DNA of 26,759 nucleotides from a virus (Duplodnaviria; Heunggongvirae; Uroviricota; Caudoviricetes): the IMG/VR virus record IMGVR_UViG_2728369186_000003, one strand, 5' to 3'. The notes under the pieces are model-generated. The model did no database searches. It saw only the letters and a list, made by a program, of their open reading frames with translations, and was not told where the DNA came from. Shown here in pieces: positions 25,555 to 26,759 of the stretch; the first letter of the stretch is position 1, and each line of letters starts with the position of its first letter. The position numbers and the translations under genes are program-made.

Positions 25555-26019
25555 TTACTTTAAACACTGTTCGGTTATGTATTGCTGAGCACCTTCAAGT
25601 TGGGCCTGCATCATTACCAGTCGTTCCCGGAGGGTGAAATAATCCCGTTCAGCGGTGTCTGCCAGTCTGGGGGAGACTGCATTATCCACGCTGGAGGTGG
25701 CGGTGGCTTCACGCACTGACTGACAGACTGCTTTGATGCGCAACCGACGACGACCAGCGGCAACATCATCACGCAGAGCATCATTTTCAGCTTTCGCATC
25801 AGCTAACTCCTTCGTGTATTTTGCATCGAGCGCAGCAACATCACGCTGACGCATCTGCATGTCAGTAATTGCCGCGTTCGCCAGCTTCAGTTCTCTGGCA
25901 TTTTTGTCGCGCTGTTCTTTGTAGGCGATGGCGTTATCACGGTAATGATTAACACCCCATGACAGGCAGACGACGATGCAGATAACCAGAGCGGAGATAA
26001 TCGCGGTTACTCTGTTCAT
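25555..26019 (-). CDS. Rz: Spanin, inner-membrane subunit (Rz, i-spanin)
   Basis: ATG at 26017-26019 ([60 protein letters not shown]...). N-terminal TM helix then coiled-coil periplasmic domain, close to lambda Rz. Start overlaps the endolysin stop by 4 nt. Track start at 26031 is a GTG. Confidence 0.9.
   Translation of the reverse strand: MNRVTAIISALVICIVVCLSWGVNHYRDNAIAYKEQRDKNARELKLANAAITDMQMRQRDVAALDAKYTKELADAKAENDALRDDVAAGRRRLRIKAVCQSVREATATSSVDNAVSPRLADTAERDYFTLRERLVMMQAQLEGAQQYITEQCLK
25614..25799 (-). CDS. Rz1: Spanin, outer-membrane lipoprotein subunit (Rz1, o-spanin), embedded in Rz in another frame
   Basis: 61-aa [55 protein letters not shown]... with lipobox VVGC, proline-rich periplasmic segment, entirely inside the Rz coding region. 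Nearly identical to lambda Rz1 as I remember it. Confidence 0.85.
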   Translation of the reverse strand: MRKLKMMLCVMMLPLVVVGCASKQSVSQCVKPPPPPAWIMQSPPDWQTPLNGIISPSGNDW

Positions 26020-26513
26020 TGCTGACCCCACAAACAGATTTCACGCTCAATCTCACGACGAGTCATGAGACCTTTCCATTGCTTACCGCCAGCATATGTC
26101 CAGCGACGTAGCTGATCACATGCGCCTTTGATATCGCCCTGGTTTATTTTGCGAAGAAGCGTCGATGTTCTGAAATTGCCAGCACCCACGTTGTAAACGA
26201 ATGAGTAAAGAGCGCCGCGCGTTGTTTCCGGTATATCGACTTTGATGTACGGGTTAATTTGTCTGGCGACCGTGGCAAGGTCTTTATTCAAGAGTGTTTT
26301 GCATTCTGCTTTGGTATACGTTTTACCGAGCATGATGTCTTTTCCTGTATGCCCGTGACATACAGTCCATACACCAACAATATCTTTGTATGGTATGTAG
26401 CTGACACCTTCCAGACCATCGTTACCACTTGGGCCAGTGATTAACACTGATGCTATAGCAATTGCTCCGCCACCAATAGCAGCAGCAACGACTTTTCGTA
26501 ATGATGGAGGCAT
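26016..26513 (-). CDS. R: SAR endolysin (phage 21 R-type lysozyme with signal-arrest-release N terminus)
   Basis: 165 aa: [57 protein letters not shown]... The Gly/Ala-rich weakly hydrophobic N-terminal helix is typical of SAR domains, followed by an E-8aa-D-5aa-T catalytic triad spacing ([16 protein letters not shown]) of T4-lysozyme-like muramidases. ATG overlaps the holin stop by 1 nt. Confidence 0.9.
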   Translation of the reverse strand: MPPSLRKVVAAAIGGGAIAIASVLITGPSGNDGLEGVSYIPYKDIVGVWTVCHGHTGKDIMLGKTYTKAECKTLLNKDLATVARQINPYIKVDIPETTRGALYSFVYNVGAGNFRTSTLLRKINQGDIKGACDQLRRWTYAGGKQWKGLMTRREIEREICLWGQQ

Positions 26514-26728
26514 TATTCACCTCTCGCAGCCTTGCGCTTATCTTCTTTAATCTTGAAATAAAGGTTTGTCAGGTACGTCAGTAGGCCAAATACCAGACTA
26601 CCCAGCACACCGATTGCAGCCCACTGTGACGGAGTTACTCTATCGAGCAACTGTAAAAACCAGTAGCCAGCACTGCCTGCGGAGGTGCCGTAGGCAATAC
26701 CTGTTGAAATTTTGTCCATGGATTTCAT
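26513..26728 (-). CDS. S: Pinholin (phage 21 S-type class II holin) with dual-start motif
   Basis: ATG at 26726-26728 preceded by GGAGGTGA, encoding [71 protein letters not shown] (71 aa). A second in-frame ATG three codons later (MDK...) gives the 68-aa form. Two TM helices, the first Gly/Ala-rich. Track ORF extends upstream only because no stop intervenes. Confidence 0.9.
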   Translation of the reverse strand: MKSMDKISTGIAYGTSAGSAGYWFLQLLDRVTPSQWAAIGVLGSLVFGLLTYLTNLYFKIKEDKRKAARGE

Positions 26729-26759
26729 AGCCTCACCTCCGCACGGAACGGATGGCATA

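Noticed and set aside
1-26759. CRISPR array, tRNA/rRNA genes, integrase or IS element
   Set aside because: No regularly spaced repeat-spacer structure, no cloverleaf-like or rRNA-like segments, and no recombinase or transposase-like ORF were seen. The only repeats are the coding-region repeats in the terminase small subunit gene and the scaffold-gap duplications.

Overview
This window is the late (lysis plus virion morphogenesis) region of a lambdoid, Rac-like prophage from an E. coli-like enterobacterium. All real genes are on the minus strand, so the phage map reads from high to low coordinates: S21-type pinholin, SAR endolysin, Rz/Rz1 spanins, an AT-rich trkG potassium-transporter moron, a ParB-like protein paired with an uncharacterised DxD-motif protein, small HTH protein, terminase small and large subunits, portal, head morphogenesis protein, scaffold, major capsid, four head-tail joining proteins, major tail protein, G/GT chaperone with a -1 frameshift site, tape measure, lambda-like M-L-K-I-J tail tip, lom, and the start of stf. 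The head/packaging module is not lambda-like, while the tail tip is, so the region is mosaic. Four runs of exactly 10 N (4250-4259, 5105-5114, 5688-5697, 6729-6738) interrupt J, I and K, and two are flanked by near-duplicate sequence, which looks like scaffolding of collapsed prophage repeats rather than real biology. No rRNA, tRNA, CRISPR array, integrase or transposase was recognised. The most interesting unexplained element is the ParB-like plus DxD-motif gene pair between the lysis cassette and the terminase. All identifications come from reading the translations and the DNA by eye; no database search was run.
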